From Octopus vulgaris (lineage: Eukaryota): a stretch of DNA of 64,000 nt. Below the pieces are notes generated by a model. It was not told where the DNA came from. It did not search any database and saw only the letters and a list, made by a program, of their open reading frames with translations. Below, in pieces: positions 29,056 through 44,858 of this stretch. Both the position numbers and the translations under genes were made by a program. Location of the stretch: positions 56,916,001 through 56,980,000 of the forward strand of contig OX597816.1 in assembly GCA_951406725.2 (NCBI GenBank). The letters are read 5' to 3'. The number at the start of each line of letters is the position of its first letter. Position 1 is the stretch's first letter.

Positions 29056-29096
29056 CCTCTGATGAAAACCCAATAATGTTCGAAAATCGATTAAGG
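29056..29096 (+). ncRNA. Hammerhead motif (family H2)
   Basis: CCT-CTGATGA-AAAC-ccaataat-GTTC-GAAAATCGATTA-AGG; palindromic AATCGATT; combining it with the 14883 copy gives a helix II close to GAACC/GGTTC. Confidence 0.6.
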
Positions 29097-29177
29097 TTGT
29101 TCATAATTTCTTTTCAGTCTGCGGAGAAATGGCTAAACTTTGCCGTTTATAATTATACTATATGTTATATATATATA

Positions 29178-29274
<97 letters not shown>

Positions 29275-29299
29275 TTATGTATGTATGTATGTATGTATG

Positions 29300-29330
<31 letters not shown>

Positions 29331-29345
29331 GTATGTATGTATGTA

Positions 29346-29908
29346 CAGGGTGGGGCAGAGAGGACAAACGTTTTTGAAATGGTTATTATATGAAATGCTG
29401 CCAGGGTGAGGAGCATATGTCTGACAGATACCTTTCGGTCTGTGGTGTCTTAGCTTTTTTCTTTTCTTTTCAGGTGAAGCCATGGTGTTCTGGACAAAAG
29501 AACAACTCATGTTTGCCTACGACAGTTATGCGTCAGACGAGCTTTGATACAGATTCCGAATCAATCTGCTGGAAGGTATTCCACTGAATTTGGCATCAGT
29601 AATCGATCGGTAAGGCGTATTTCGCATGAAGAGCTGCATTTCAATCCGCATAAATTGGTCATTGTGTAATAGTTGAAACCATGGGACTATACACCGAGCA
29701 ATGCTGGAGAGAGTGGACATCTTCCAAGAACGCCTTCAGAAACGCATCAAGGAAAACGGACACCATATGATGGATGTTGTTTACCACACTTGATTTTGAC
29801 AAAAGCTAATTCAATACGAAAACATTGATGTCAATAAAATTTGTTTGCAACTATAATTAATGATTTTGTAAATTTTTCAAAAATGCCCGTCCCCTCTGCT
29901 ACACCCTG
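29346..29908 (+). mobile_element. Internally deleted Tc1/mariner-superfamily element
   Basis: Imperfect ~35-bp TIRs CAGGGTGGGGCAGAGAGGAC..TTTTTGAAA / TTTCAAAAAT..GTCCCCTCTGCTACACCCTG; TA at the left end; residual transposase ends MVFWTKEQ.. and QERLQKRIKENGHH. Confidence 0.78.
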
Positions 29909-29953
29909 CATATATATATATTATATACACACACACACACATATATATATATA

Positions 29954-30034
<81 letters not shown>

Positions 30035-31516
30035 ATATACATACATATATATAAAATTAAAATCAAGAACCGAAAAAACGCAAGAGGGCAAAATTAAGCT
30101 GAGAAAGCTTGACCTGAAGCAGATAGATATAAGCAAAGTATTTAGTATTGTTATTTAAGAGTCCATGAAACATGATCAAAAACATTCCGATAAAATTAAG
30201 TCAATATTTAAATATCAAGTAACCACATAAATCTTGGCTATATTTGATTATTATCTTCTTTACTAAAAGAATTGTATTAAAGGACAATGTTGACCGAAAC
30301 GAAGATCTGTTTTAAAAATACACCTGTCTCTTTTTTATGAGAACTGAGAAAACCATAAACCCAACCGTTCTTTTACGCCGTTTTAGTCTGTCGTCCATTA
30401 AACAGAGAAAGCAGAAGCCATAATAAACTAAAGTGTTACAATCGTATAACTCTGAGACGTAATCAGAGAAGCAACACCCTTCAAACAGTTTAATACTTTT
30501 ATAGATCGGAGCAAATATTTTCGACATCAAAGTTTTCTTCATGGACATAAACCTATCAAACTAAAACCCTTCGCTTTGTTGTAATCCATCAGATTGAGCC
30601 AACACAGCATAATAGTCTAAACACAAGGCAGAGAAACTCTTACCTTGACAGTAAAATCTGGGCTGCATTTAATACAGGAACCACTCTCTGAATGAATCCT
30701 CTAAAATTTCATATGAAAGGGAAAAGAGGTAAACGTATCCTCGCGGGCAGTAACGCCTCGCATCATGAACATATCGTTTTACGAACAAATTTCGAGCATA
30801 AAGCAACTCGGGTGACAAACAGTGTCTGGAGTAACGAACACGCAATCTGGCAACAACGGTTGGCGTCAAGCTGGGAGTATCGGTGCAAGAGCGTCAGTTG
30901 CTGTCTGACTTTCACTCGGTGCACTTCTCTGCTCGAATTCGCAATGTTCTCTCTTGAATTTCCTATGGGAAAAATAGTTTTGGTTTAAATAACATTTCTA
31001 GTGACGAACAGCCTTCAGGTACAGATTAAATTCGTAAAACGAGTTTCCATTGTATACAGCTTTCAAATTAAAGATTCACTCTTTTTCTCAACGCACACAC
31101 ACACACCAAATACATACACACTCTATTTATTTCCGATTTGTCTCGGGCACCAAAAATATCTGCATCACTTTTCTTTTTTTTAAATAGCAGCAAAATGACA
31201 AATGAAATCCTACTGCTGGAAGCTCCTTGTTGAGAGAGCGTTAAAAAGGCTGGATGGTCATTGTTGGAATGTTTTATCAGTATTGACATGGGGTTCAAGC
31301 AACGATTCCTTACAGTACATACACCACACAGATCGTTGAAGTAGGTTAATATTCTGGCATAACTGTTGCCAATTCCTTTCGATCCCACCAGAATCAAATT
31401 TCTAATTAAAATTTTCTTTCCAAATAAACGCAGTAATTAATGACATCTCAAGTCAACTAGCAGTAATTAACACATATGTTAATGCAGCACGTTGTTTGTT
31501 GTGTGTGCGTGTGTAC

Positions 31517-31596
<80 letters not shown>

Positions 31597-32514
31597 ACGC
31601 GCGCGTGTGTGTCTGGAAAATATTTTAGATAAAAGAAAGTCAGCTTCAACACTGCAATCGCTATGTTCTGGGTCTCAAGCGCACTATCCAGAACCGTTGG
31701 TCAAGTATCTTCTCCCAAAGCCAAAAGAGAATTGAATTCCAAGAATAAGGAAAAGGTGTGGAATGGCCTGCTCTGTTTTTGTGTTGTGGTCCACCACCAG
31801 TCCAACACCCGAACCGCCTGGTCTTTCCATACGGGAATTGAACTCCGAATGAGAGGTACCCAAGTGCATTTCATCTGTTGCTCATCCGATTCTTTCTAGG
31901 ACCTGTCACAAGATCTCCTCTACAATATCTAAAACTGTGACCGGAGTTGCTTTGAGGAGTAGGGCCTGCTGTCCTTCACTGCTTTACCTGCTTCTCTTAG
32001 CCTTAAATCGCGCTGTGGTCTTTCAGGGCTTTTTGCTCTCCAAACTATAACAACTGGGTCCATCATTCTCACATTCTACATTTCAGCGATTTTATCAGGG
32101 TACAGCTCTGATGTAAATCTATGCTTTTCAGGACTCATTAAGACATCTAAGTCTATCCTCATTCCCTCAGTTCCATATCCCTTCTCATCAACTCTGCATT
32201 CATTCCGCTCATAACACAATACAAAGTGACAATAAGCATAATTATTATTTTTCCATTTATTCACTGAACAGTGTTTATTAGAGTACTTCAACTAAAAATA
32301 GTGGTGACAAATTTTGGCACGAGGCCGGCAATTTTATGGGAAGGGGTAAATTGATTACTTCCATCCAGTATTCAACTGGGACTTACTTTATCGACCCCGA
32401 TAGGATGAAACATAAAGTCAACCTCAGCGGAATTTGAAATCAGAACAGAAAGACGGACGAAATATTTAACATTCCTGTCAGATCGCCGCCTTAATAATTA
32501 TGATAATAATTATT

Positions 32515-33002
<488 letters not shown>

Positions 33003-33387
33003 TTCAAATTTTGGCACAAAATCAGCCAGATCGGGGAGGGAATAAGTCAATTATATTGACCCCAGTATTCAACTGGTATTTATTTTATCGAACTGGGAAG
33101 GAGTTAACCGCGGCGGAATTTGAACTCAGTACGTTAAGACGGACAAAATACCGCAAAACACTTTGTCCGGCGTGCTAATGGTTCTGCCAGATCGCAACCT
33201 TCAACCACTCCCAAAGCTTTACTTTGCCTGAAGCTATGGTAGAAGACACTTGCCCATTGCCACGCAGTGAAATTGAACCTGGAACCATGTGGTTGACTAG
33301 CAAGCTTATTACCACACACCCACGCCTATCAATACATCTATCAATAATGATGATGATGATGACATTATTATTATTATCAATATTATT

Positions 33388-33424
<37 letters not shown>

Positions 33425-34067
33425 TCATCATCATCATTATCATCATTTGCACATTTCTTTTATTATTATTTAGAATGAACAGTCAGCAATGCACCAGTAA
33501 CCTTGGTAATGGACTCTTCACGGCTAAACGAAACCAGAACGGATTTGGTGCAGATTTTCTGAATCGTGAAATTTTTGACAAAGGATGGCTTTCGAAAGAA
33601 CGTTAAGTTATTTCAGCTAACAATAATTAACTCTCTGTTAATTATTATAAATAACTTGATTTATAGGGATTGACTCTTTTGTATCTGTCTCCATGACGTT
33701 GATTATTCAAAGCGCGCTTGTCTATCAGAAAAATAAATCTCTCTGTCACTTTGATCTCTGTACCCACTGCACGCAACAACCTTGTCAATGTTTAGCGAGG
33801 AAAATATCAAAAATGTATTTATTTTTTAATTACGAATGCTGTTTTTTTGAAAGTTACATTGTCGGTAAAAGGTAATATGTAACACCTCAGTCTTTCCATA
33901 AGTCATTAGTTTTTTTTTTATTTTACTGTAACCGTTTTACCTTTGTCACGACTCAACAGTATAATTAGGTCGGAGTTTATCCCGGGTGTATGAGGCACGT
34001 AAATACGAAGAGTTCCTACTTTTTGTTACCCTGAATAGGACGAAACTCCGTCGCAATATTAGTTTTA

Positions 34068-34273
34068 AATGTTGGCACAAAGCCAGCAATTTCGGGTACT
34101 TGAACCCCCAGTGTATAACTAGTACTTATCTAATCGTCACCGCACCACCCGACCCCGAAAGGATGAAAGGCAAAGTCGAGCTTGGTGGAATTTGAACTCT
34201 GAGGGTAAAGACGGACGAAATGCCGCCAAGCCTTTCGTCCGGCATGCTAACAATTCTGTCAGTTCGCTGCCTT
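34068..34273 (-). mobile_element. SINE family A (further diverged copies at 32310-32492 and 33003-33198)
   Basis: CGACCCCGAAAGGATGAAAGGCAAAGTCGA core on the + strand. Confidence 0.78.
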
Positions 34274-35173
34274 ATCATCCATCGTCATATTAACTCCCAT
34301 CTGTTATTGGTGGTGCCCATCATCATCTGATAGTATTGCACCAATATGAGCTGTTTTGCGATCGTGTCTGAGAATCGAAACCACGACCTTATGAACCTGC
34401 TTCCAGTACCCTAACCACTGGTCGATCTACTTTCACTAATGCTATATTAACCGCGTGCAGCTGAAGCAGCCCAACAGAGAAGGAAGTGCAGCGAGTTGTC
34501 AAAGCGAACCTTGGACAAGAGAAGGCAGAAGGCTGGTGGCATTAACGGGAAACTAAGATCGAAAGTAACACCCAGTCATAATGTCACAGTATATAGCACA
34601 CGTTCAATAAATTGGTATTTGATACTCCCCTCTCTGTCTCTGTCTCTCTGTCTCTCTCTCTCTTTCTCTCTGTCTCCGGTCTCTCTGTCTCTCTCTCTTT
34701 CTCTCTCTCTCTTTCTTTCTCTCTCTCCCTCCCACACACTCTCTTTATCTCCATAGAACTTTAACACAAATATCCTGAATATCAAGAACAGATATCTATA
34801 CTAATCACAAAAGACACACAGATTTGTCTGTCTCGTTCTATACATTTGTTACCATCACTGCTAGTCACTCTTGAGGATTCCATATCGCTGTCAGCGTCTT
34901 TACGCATAATCCATCAATGTTGAATACCGTCCTTCCTCTGCTCACCATTTCCTACGCTTTTTACTTCTCTGTGATACGCCATGTTTTATCTTACATACAC
35001 AATATTTATTTTTAGTGATGTTGTCAGCCCAGCTGCATCTCACAGCCCGGGTCATCTTCGAAAGATAAACATAATAAACTCACCGCCATAAACACAATTT
35101 TGAAACCTATAAATAATTTCCTCATGCAAACATTCATACATACATACATACATACATACATATGTACATAAAG

Positions 35174-35380
35174 TTAATCCAAACAAGAAAGCACAAAAAA
35201 ACACAACAACGCGAGGACGTGGAACAAATATAGTGTTATTGGACGCTCAGGAAAGAAGGAAAGAAGGAGGGTTTAACGTTTCGAGCGGAGCTCTTCGTCG
35301 GAAACATAGGAGAAGGAAAGATCCAGAGAAGGGAAGACAGAGGAAAAAAATCGCCAACGGTACACACGAGGTCACATTTT
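35174..35380 (-). mobile_element. PLE pseudo-LTR family H1 copy with hammerhead motif at 35271-35305
   Basis: Hammerhead segment identical to 23790-23824. Confidence 0.75.
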
Positions 35381-35869
35381 GGCATACATACACAGACACA
35401 TATTTGAGTGTAAACGTGTGTATGTGTGTATGTGTGTTTGTGCATATCGCTCTGATGAGGTTATAAAATGTCCCTCACAATGACATTCACTTCTAGGTGT
35501 ACAATTTTTTTTTCTGGCGCAAACTTCTCTGTGCCAATGAATGTGATTATATAACCCCTGTTCTTTTACCGTTGATTAATTAATATTACAGCGCGGAAAG
35601 TGTTTATAAGCCATTTAAAACACACAAAAACCATTTAGATTCACTTCAACATTTAAATTTAATTTGCCAAAATATTTTCGTCGTTTTGAAACCACGACCT
35701 GTTCGCTGACAAAATTTCGTGCTGCAAAATTCCGAGATGCAGCACTGACAGCACTACCTTTGTTACTAAGGATGTCACCAAAAGTAGTAATAATTTAAAG
35801 TAGTTACCACTGTAACTATTACACCCTGTCTGTACAAAAAAATATCATTAAAGAGGCATGATAACGCAG

Positions 35870-38162
35870 TCACAAGTCTTAATTGTAACTGCAACAAATC
35901 ATGCTACTCGCGTGTTGTAAAGCGCTGATGACGCAAAATCTACTAATCCCATAATGCACCGCAACATCCGCCTTACCGCTTTTTCGGGTGATCATTTTCA
36001 TGTGATGTCATTCAGTTGTAGTAGCTATCTATATCAATGGCCAAGAGTAAAGTCGATACTGAAAGCAGAGCCTTTCAAATCCGGTGGGAAACCGAGTACA
36101 TGTTTACTAACATTGCTGGCAAACTCGTATGTATTAATTGTGGTGCTAGTGTTGCTGTACTTGAAGAGTATAATTACAAATGCCACTACGAGACAAAACA
36201 TCAGGACCAGTATAAATACCTCACTGCTGAGCAGAAGCAATGAAAGGTAGACGAGTTGAAGTGGAATCTCACATTACAATAGACTTTTTCAACCAAAGCA
36301 AAATCACAAAGTGAAACTGCAGTTAAAGCAAGTTTTATGTCGGTTAAATTTTATAGTGGCAGAAGAGCTCGCAAAATCAGCCTAGCCATTTACTGAAAAA
36401 GAGTTCGTGAATGAGCTGTGTGATGAAAATTTGTGACATTTTGTGTCCAGACTAGAAGCAACTGTTTGCTAATGTGAGTATTAGCAGAAATACGGTTGCT
36501 GATCGGGTATGTGAGATGGCCACTGATTTGAAAACATAGTTGATAGAAAAAGGAAAATATTTTGTTGCAAACTCTCTTGCTGTGAATGAGACTACTGACA
36601 CGACGACCCCCATGTGATGTTTTATTCATCTTCATCACAGAGAACAGCTGCTCACACAGACATGACCTTCCAAACAAAGGCAGCGTTCAAGCTGCATGTA
36701 AACAGAGCTGGGGCATTGCTTCAGGTATGAAACGAGTGGACTGTGCGGGGCCCCACAGAGTCGCACTTTGCTTTTAATATTCTATTACACAGCAGTTCTA
36801 TCAGCTCCATTTGAATCTGTACAGGAGCAGTTTCCACATTGATGGCAAATGGGTTGCCAAGCAACTCGAAATTATTTTTCTGTGCTTCAAAGTCACTAAA
36901 GCACCGTGCGAATTCAGTGCGGAGCGAACTCAGTTTAGCAGCAGAGTGTCGCTTTGGGAACACCGTGGCGCTGACTTGGCTCAATATTACTTGGCAACAG
37001 GGAAAGTAAGACAAGTTCAATTGGTAAATTTGTGTCACCCATAGGCGCAGCTTCTCTTGAAATGCCTTCACTGCGTCATTCATATCACAGATCATGCGAT
37101 CCCATCCCTGGGGCTGGATGTTTAAAACGTTGAGATGTGCAGTTATGTCAACCAAAAACGCCAATTCGCATTTCCACTTTTCATCCCACAGACCATTGGA
37201 TTCTTTTCCTTAACTGTCCAAGAACTGAGATACCCCTCAACCAGCGCAAAAGCTATATTGAGGACCTTTCCCCAAATGAGCCACAACACTTCCGTATGAT
37301 AAGGAACATCACTGAACCCTGAATGTATTTCCCGCGGGAAAGACTGAAATTGGCAGTGATTTAACCCTTTGGCTCGGATAAAGTTTACGGTTTGCATTAC
37401 AGTACTCATTACATGTCCCATTTTTAAGGTTTTAGCGCACAGCGTTTCCTGGTGTATGATGCAGTGATATGTTGTCAACTCACCAGCGCAGTTATCTTCT
37501 TGCATCTTTAAACGTATCCTACCCACTAGTCCACTTTTCTTACTGCACATCGCCGGTTCTCCATTTGTTGTAAGTCCAACAAGTTTGTCCCAAGGCAATT
37601 TCATGTCAGTTACACTCTGACATATTTTTTCAAAAAAGGTCCTTTCCTGTTGTCCCGTGCATCGATTTAATGTCCAACATTTCCTCCATGACGAACAAAT
37701 TGGAATCCACTCTACAGATGAAGATAACCAGCTGTGCAATCAATGCTGAGGGTCTCAACAATACAGATAACTTTCCCCAAACATCAATGAACTCGCTGCC
37801 AAGAAAATATGCCAAGTATGTAGCTCGGACAAAATTTCATGAAGGAAATTGAAAGTTTTGATTTATTATTTCAATTTTCACTAAAAAGTAGGTTTTTTAT
37901 ATATTTTTTCTTTTTTGCAACATGTTCATATTTTAAATATTTATAATTTTGACAGGAGATGTTTTTATGAAGAGCAATATATTTTAAGCAATTTAAGTTG
38001 AAGTTAATTTATTTATGGAATAAAATTATATACCATCTGTTTCAATACATGTTCATGTTCAAAAAGTTTTAGTCTGTTCAATAAATGTTTATCCTGTTCG
38101 GTCCGCGACCTAAAGGGCCCTTTGAGTTTTGGGCGCCTGTGCCTTTGAGTTTGACACTCTTA
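35870..38162 (+). mobile_element. hAT transposon (SPIN/Charlie-like, GTF2IRD2-type transposase), decayed, with internal inversion
   Basis: + strand BED-finger N-terminus MAKSKVDTESRAFQIRWETEY..CINC..HYETKH; minus strand AQLVIFICRVD, LTTNGEPAM, YHCIIHQE, YHTEVLW, CEQLFSVMK; + strand C-terminal remnant after 37740; right end GAGTTTGACACTCTTA then CTTTAGAC; left TIR not found. Confidence 0.9.
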
Positions 38163-38923
38163 CTTTAGACTCAAGTTCCATGATGAATATAAATTCCACA
38201 TCAAAATAAGTGATGTACAAATGCCATGTATTTATTTATGGATACATAAGAAAAATATAGGAAGATTTCACGTTTCAAAAAATTCTTTGATCAATCGGAC
38301 TGATTTTTCTAGATATATATTTTCAAGAATTCGGACAGAAAGAATATGTTAGAAGGAAAATTAAACGAAGAGATCTGATCTCAGGGAACTAGATATACAG
38401 AGTTGGACAAAAGGATTTGTTGAGGGTGGAGAACAAAGCGAATGGTGTTGGGAAAGAAGGAACTTGTGCTTAGATCCAAACCAGAGTGGACTAAGCGTGC
38501 CAGGTGGCCAGGTATTGGTTTTAAACCAGCCAACGGGTTATGTCCACCATTTGAGATGGAAAGGGTCTCTTTGAAGGGATTCTGCATAGACTCCATTTAT
38601 AGAACTTCATTTACAGCGCTTGTATTAGTCTGAGTTTATAGGTTGAGACACGAAACAAACTTTTGAACGCCATTGCTATACCTTTGGTCTCATATATATG
38701 AACGCACATAGTTCATTGGTATACACCACAGATACGCACACACGCATGCATAGATAAATACATATATACAGATGAGAAGGTTAGTGGCCTAATGGTTAGG
38801 AGATTGCACTCATTATCGCTAGATCACGAGTTCGATTCCTGGATCGGACAGCGCATTGTGTTCTTGAGCAAAACACTTCATATCACGCTGCACCTGTTCA
38901 CTCACCTGTGAATAGGTAAACCT

Positions 38924-39155
38924 ATTACTTTACTACCCACAAGGGGCTAAACACAGAGGAGACAACAAGGGCAGACAAACGGGTTAAGTCGATTATACCG
39001 ACCCCAGTACGTAACTGGTACTTAATTTATCGACCCCGAAAGGATGAAAGGCAAAGTCGACCTCGGTGGAATTTGAACTCAGAACGTAACAGCAGATGAA
39101 ATACGGCTACGCATTTCGCCCAGCGTGTTAACGTTTCTGCCAGCTCGCCGCCTTA
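38924..39155 (-). mobile_element. Full-length SINE family A inserted in an older SINE (about 38773-39300)
   Basis: 15-bp TSD TGAATAGGTAAACCT at 38909-38923 and 39156-39170. Confidence 0.9.
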
Positions 39156-40106
39156 TGAATAGGTAAACCTGTGGCGTAATAATATCCTTCTGATCAGGGC
39201 CAATGTTGGCCTGCTCGCCCAGCCAGCAGGGTGGCGCCATTCAAAAGTTCAAAGAGGGTGAAACGCATTGTGACCAGCGATGTATAACAACATTTGATTG
39301 TTTGGTCGATAATGTGTTACATTGATATACATATGTGCGCCCAGACCCTCAAACAAGCCTACGGGCTATATTCATGTGGACCATCAGAATATACATACAC
39401 ACCTATATGAGTGTGTTCAGGACTCTGTGTGCATGTGTGTGTGTGTGTGTGTGTACGCAGATGAGATTCCATGAAAGACAGGGGTTAATTTATGAGTAAG
39501 ACAAGTAACACGAAACGGTGATGACCACGTTTAAAGATGAAACTTGAAACGGTGAATACGTGCGATGATACATTTAAATAAAGACGGCGGAAAATTTCTT
39601 CGTTTATAAACTTTCACCTCCAAATTATTTGTCATTTTTTAAGGATACAATATTCGATTTCTCTACAATTATCTTATTTTATATTTCACTTTCTCTGGGG
39701 TTTTTTTTTATTGTGTGTGTTATCCCTACATTTTCCCTTAAACCTTTTATCACTCTCCCTTTTTTTTATGAAAGTTACCCCACTTTTTTCTATCTTACGA
39801 CTGCTACCTTTCTCTGGTGGTCCAACCAGAAGACGAAGAAAGATCAGTACTCATAAACCATTTCAAAAAGTGCCGGTAATCTGGTAATATCGGTGATTCA
39901 AAGAAATTGTTTTTTTTGTTTTGTTTTTTTTTCGTCTTTCTTCATTTTTCATACCGAACTCAGCATGTTTGTATTTGGGGTATTACAACTGCTCATGAAC
40001 ATCTCAAGTTCTTTCCGTATATCCCCGGTTGTTTCCGTTCGTCACCTTCTGTTACTGTTTATCACCACTTTCTGTGCAATGGCGTTTATAAACAGCAATG
40101 ATATTT

Positions 40107-40437
40107 TTTCTACTCTAGGCACAAGGCCCGAAATTTTGGGAGAAGGGAGCCAATCGATTAGATCGACTCCAGTACGCAACTGGTACTTATTTAATCGACC
40201 CCGAAAGGTTGAAAGGCAAAGTCGACCTCGGCAGAATTTGAACTCAGAACGTAACTGCAGACGAAATACCTATTTTCTTTACTACCTACAAGGGGCTAAA
40301 CACAGAGAGGACAAACACGGACAGACAAACGGAATAAGTCGATTACATCGACCCCAGTGCGTAACTGGTACTTATTTAATTGACCCCGAAAGGATGAAAG
40401 GCAAAGTCAACCTCGGCGGAATTTGAACTCAGAACGA
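40107..40437 (-). mobile_element. SINE family A tandem dimer
   Basis: Core present twice; junction CAGACGAAATACCTATTT at about 40258-40275. Confidence 0.85.
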
Positions 40438-40454
40438 AACGTATTCATATATGC

Positions 40455-41463
<1,009 letters not shown>

Positions 41464-41528
41464 CTAAATGTAACCACATATGAATCGTTGCTGGTAATCT
41501 GGTAATATCTTCTATTGGACCTTCCTCT

Positions 41529-41564
41529 GTTTCCGAAGAAGAGCGTTTGCTCGAAACGTTATAC
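41529..41564 (+). ncRNA. Hammerhead motif in a diverged H1-type pseudo-LTR (about 41500-41670)
   Basis: GTTT-CCGAAGA-A-GAGC-gttt-GCTC-GAAACGTT-ATAC; helix II conserved with a different loop. Confidence 0.58.
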
Positions 41565-43058
41565 CACTTTTCTTTCCTTCCCTGAGCGTCTGCTAATACT
41601 TTACATGTACCATGTCCTCGCGTTGTTGTTTTTGTTGTTGCTTCTGTTTGTTTTTCTTTCTTAGATTTACTATATATATATATTCGCGCACATATACATG
41701 CACACACGCACATACATGCACACACACACGTACATATGTAGAGAGAGAAATAGTGATGCAGATAAACACTCTTGAATATGATATACGAAATATAGATACA
41801 TGCATATCCACAGACCGGATTATATTTTTTATCAAAACAGCTCATTTCTCGTTACTATGCGATCACTTCGACATGTGACGCGTGGAACATCGTGCACCTG
41901 CTCAAGCAATATCAGTTTGATGGGGAGAGTGAGCTAATGTGCGGCACATTTATTTGATCACTATTTGTGCGGCACATACATTTGATCACTATAAACAAAT
42001 CATCTGTGCAGGCTTTTTTGCAAGAAGCTTGCGGAGACCTCATCTGCTGTATATTACAAGAGGGTTCTCAAAAAAGGAAGTAATTCAAGAGGGATTTTGC
42101 TGTTATTTCTAGCGTCTCAAATGCGTAATGCCTATAATCTTTGGAATGGCCATGAAAAGAGTACATCATGATACATGTGTGGAATATTGCTCGCTCTAGA
42201 AATCAAAAACAGCAATTAGAGGGATCAACCCACCGCAAACTGTAGATAACTGGATAGAAGCAGAGACGGTAGGAAAACAAAAACTTAGAACATTCAACTG
42301 TGTTCGCGACGCTCCAGCTTGGTCGTGACTCTATTGGCTAAAACGGACTAAAACGAGAAACGTGATTATAATTCCCACATGTACTCTTAAAGACATTGAT
42401 TTGTTGATACATCTTAGAAGGGGATGGTGTGATGGAGGTTAATGGTGGTGGGAGTGATGGTGGTGCTGGTGCTGGTGTTGGTGGTGGTGGTGTTGGTAGT
42501 AATTTTGGCGGTGCTGGCGCTGCAGTTATTTGGTGGTGGTGGTCGTCGTCGTGGTAGTGTTGGGTGTTGTTGTTGTTGTTAGTGAAAGTGGGAGCGGGCG
42601 GGAGGTGGGGGTAGAGGTGATAGTGACTTTGGTGCTGAGTTGGTTCTGTTAGATTTCTTCGCATTGTTGACTTAAGGGAATCTTGGAGGAGGAAAAGAAG
42701 AAGAAGAAGAAGAAGAAAAAGAAGAAGTAGGAAGTAGGTAAAAACATAATCAAAAGTGAAAATGTAAACAAACAAATGAAAAAGAGAAGAAACCATAAAA
42801 CTAAGAACAAACAAATAAATAAATAAATTCATAAAACTGCAGCATCTTCCGCATCAAGAATTTTTCGAGAGATGTTGTTGAGTTTAGATAAACTGCCAAC
42901 AAAAGATAGGTTTACCTGATACAGGGACCAGCAGCTATGTTTGCTGTAGCTGCTGCTGCTGCTGTTGTTGTTGTTGTTTTTTGTTTTTTTTAACGCAGAA
43001 ATATCTACAATTTGAGAAAAGTATATTGTCGAAAGAAAACAAACGAGAAGGCAGAGAG

Positions 43059-43739
<681 letters not shown>

Positions 43740-44406
43740 ATATGGACAGACAGACAGATGTTGAACTCTATGTTTCCACTTTCACATACCAAGCCCCACT
43801 GACTGCCCATTTCTTATGGCTAAGATCATTTTAAAGAGACGTCAAGTCAGGGTCAGGTAAAATCACTTTAACTGGTTTTATTACATTGTGTTGTCAATTC
43901 AGGTATTTTGTTACGGAAAGTATGTAAACGTTGATAAGCCCGCTTGATAAATTATCAGATAACACAACAAAAGACTTGTATAAATGCGCCATTGTCGTTG
44001 ATTACGACCCAGGCTTAGTATGAAGCAGTTTTATAGCTCGGGGTGTGGTGGATTTCAGCGAATTTCAAGACGCCGTACCACCGTACACACACTGTTTCCT
44101 GGCGATTTTTGTCACATACATTCACTTCTAGGTTCCATAATTGTGTTAATTTTGTTTTGTTTTTTATTTGTTTCCTTCATTAGACTGTGGCCATGCTGCG
44201 GCACCGCCTTGAAGAATTTTAGTCGAACGAATCGACCCCATTACAGTTTGCAAGACTGTTACTTATTGAACTAGCACGCCAATAAGCGAACCGCTGGTTT
44301 ACGAGAGGTGTAAACACACCAACACCGGTTGTCATGTGGTGGCGACGAACACAGACACAAGCACACACGTTTGTCTGCCCACTCGTGTGTGTATATATAT
44401 ATATAA

Positions 44407-44481
<75 letters not shown>

Positions 44482-44811
44482 TATACAGACATACATACAT
44501 ACATACATACATACATACATACATACATACATACATACATACATACATACATACATACACACATACATACATATATATGTGGGGGGTGTATACATACATT
44601 GGGTAATGACCCCCTTTGGTCATGAATGACCAAGGGATTGCACTGAAGAAGTTGCCCTCCAGGTACAAGTGCGTGTAAAGTCCTTTATGGAAGACCAGCA
44701 TTCGCCCATGCATTCTTGCTCAAGGACCCGGTCAGGGAATCGAACTCACTACCTCGTGATTGTGAGCCCGACGCTTTAGCCACTGAGCCATGCACTTTCA
44801 TGTATATATAA

Positions 44812-44850
<39 letters not shown>

Positions 44851-44858
<8 letters not shown>

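Noticed and set aside
31650-32240. Complex, GC-richer stretch, possibly an old LINE or exon
   Set aside because: No recognisable motif in any frame and many stops
34795-35060. Helitron-like 5' end TCTATACTAAT
   Set aside because: No CTRR 3' terminus found
42338-42832. 164-aa proline-rich ORF
   Set aside because: Built from (GGT)n, (GTT)n and (GAA)n low-complexity tracts
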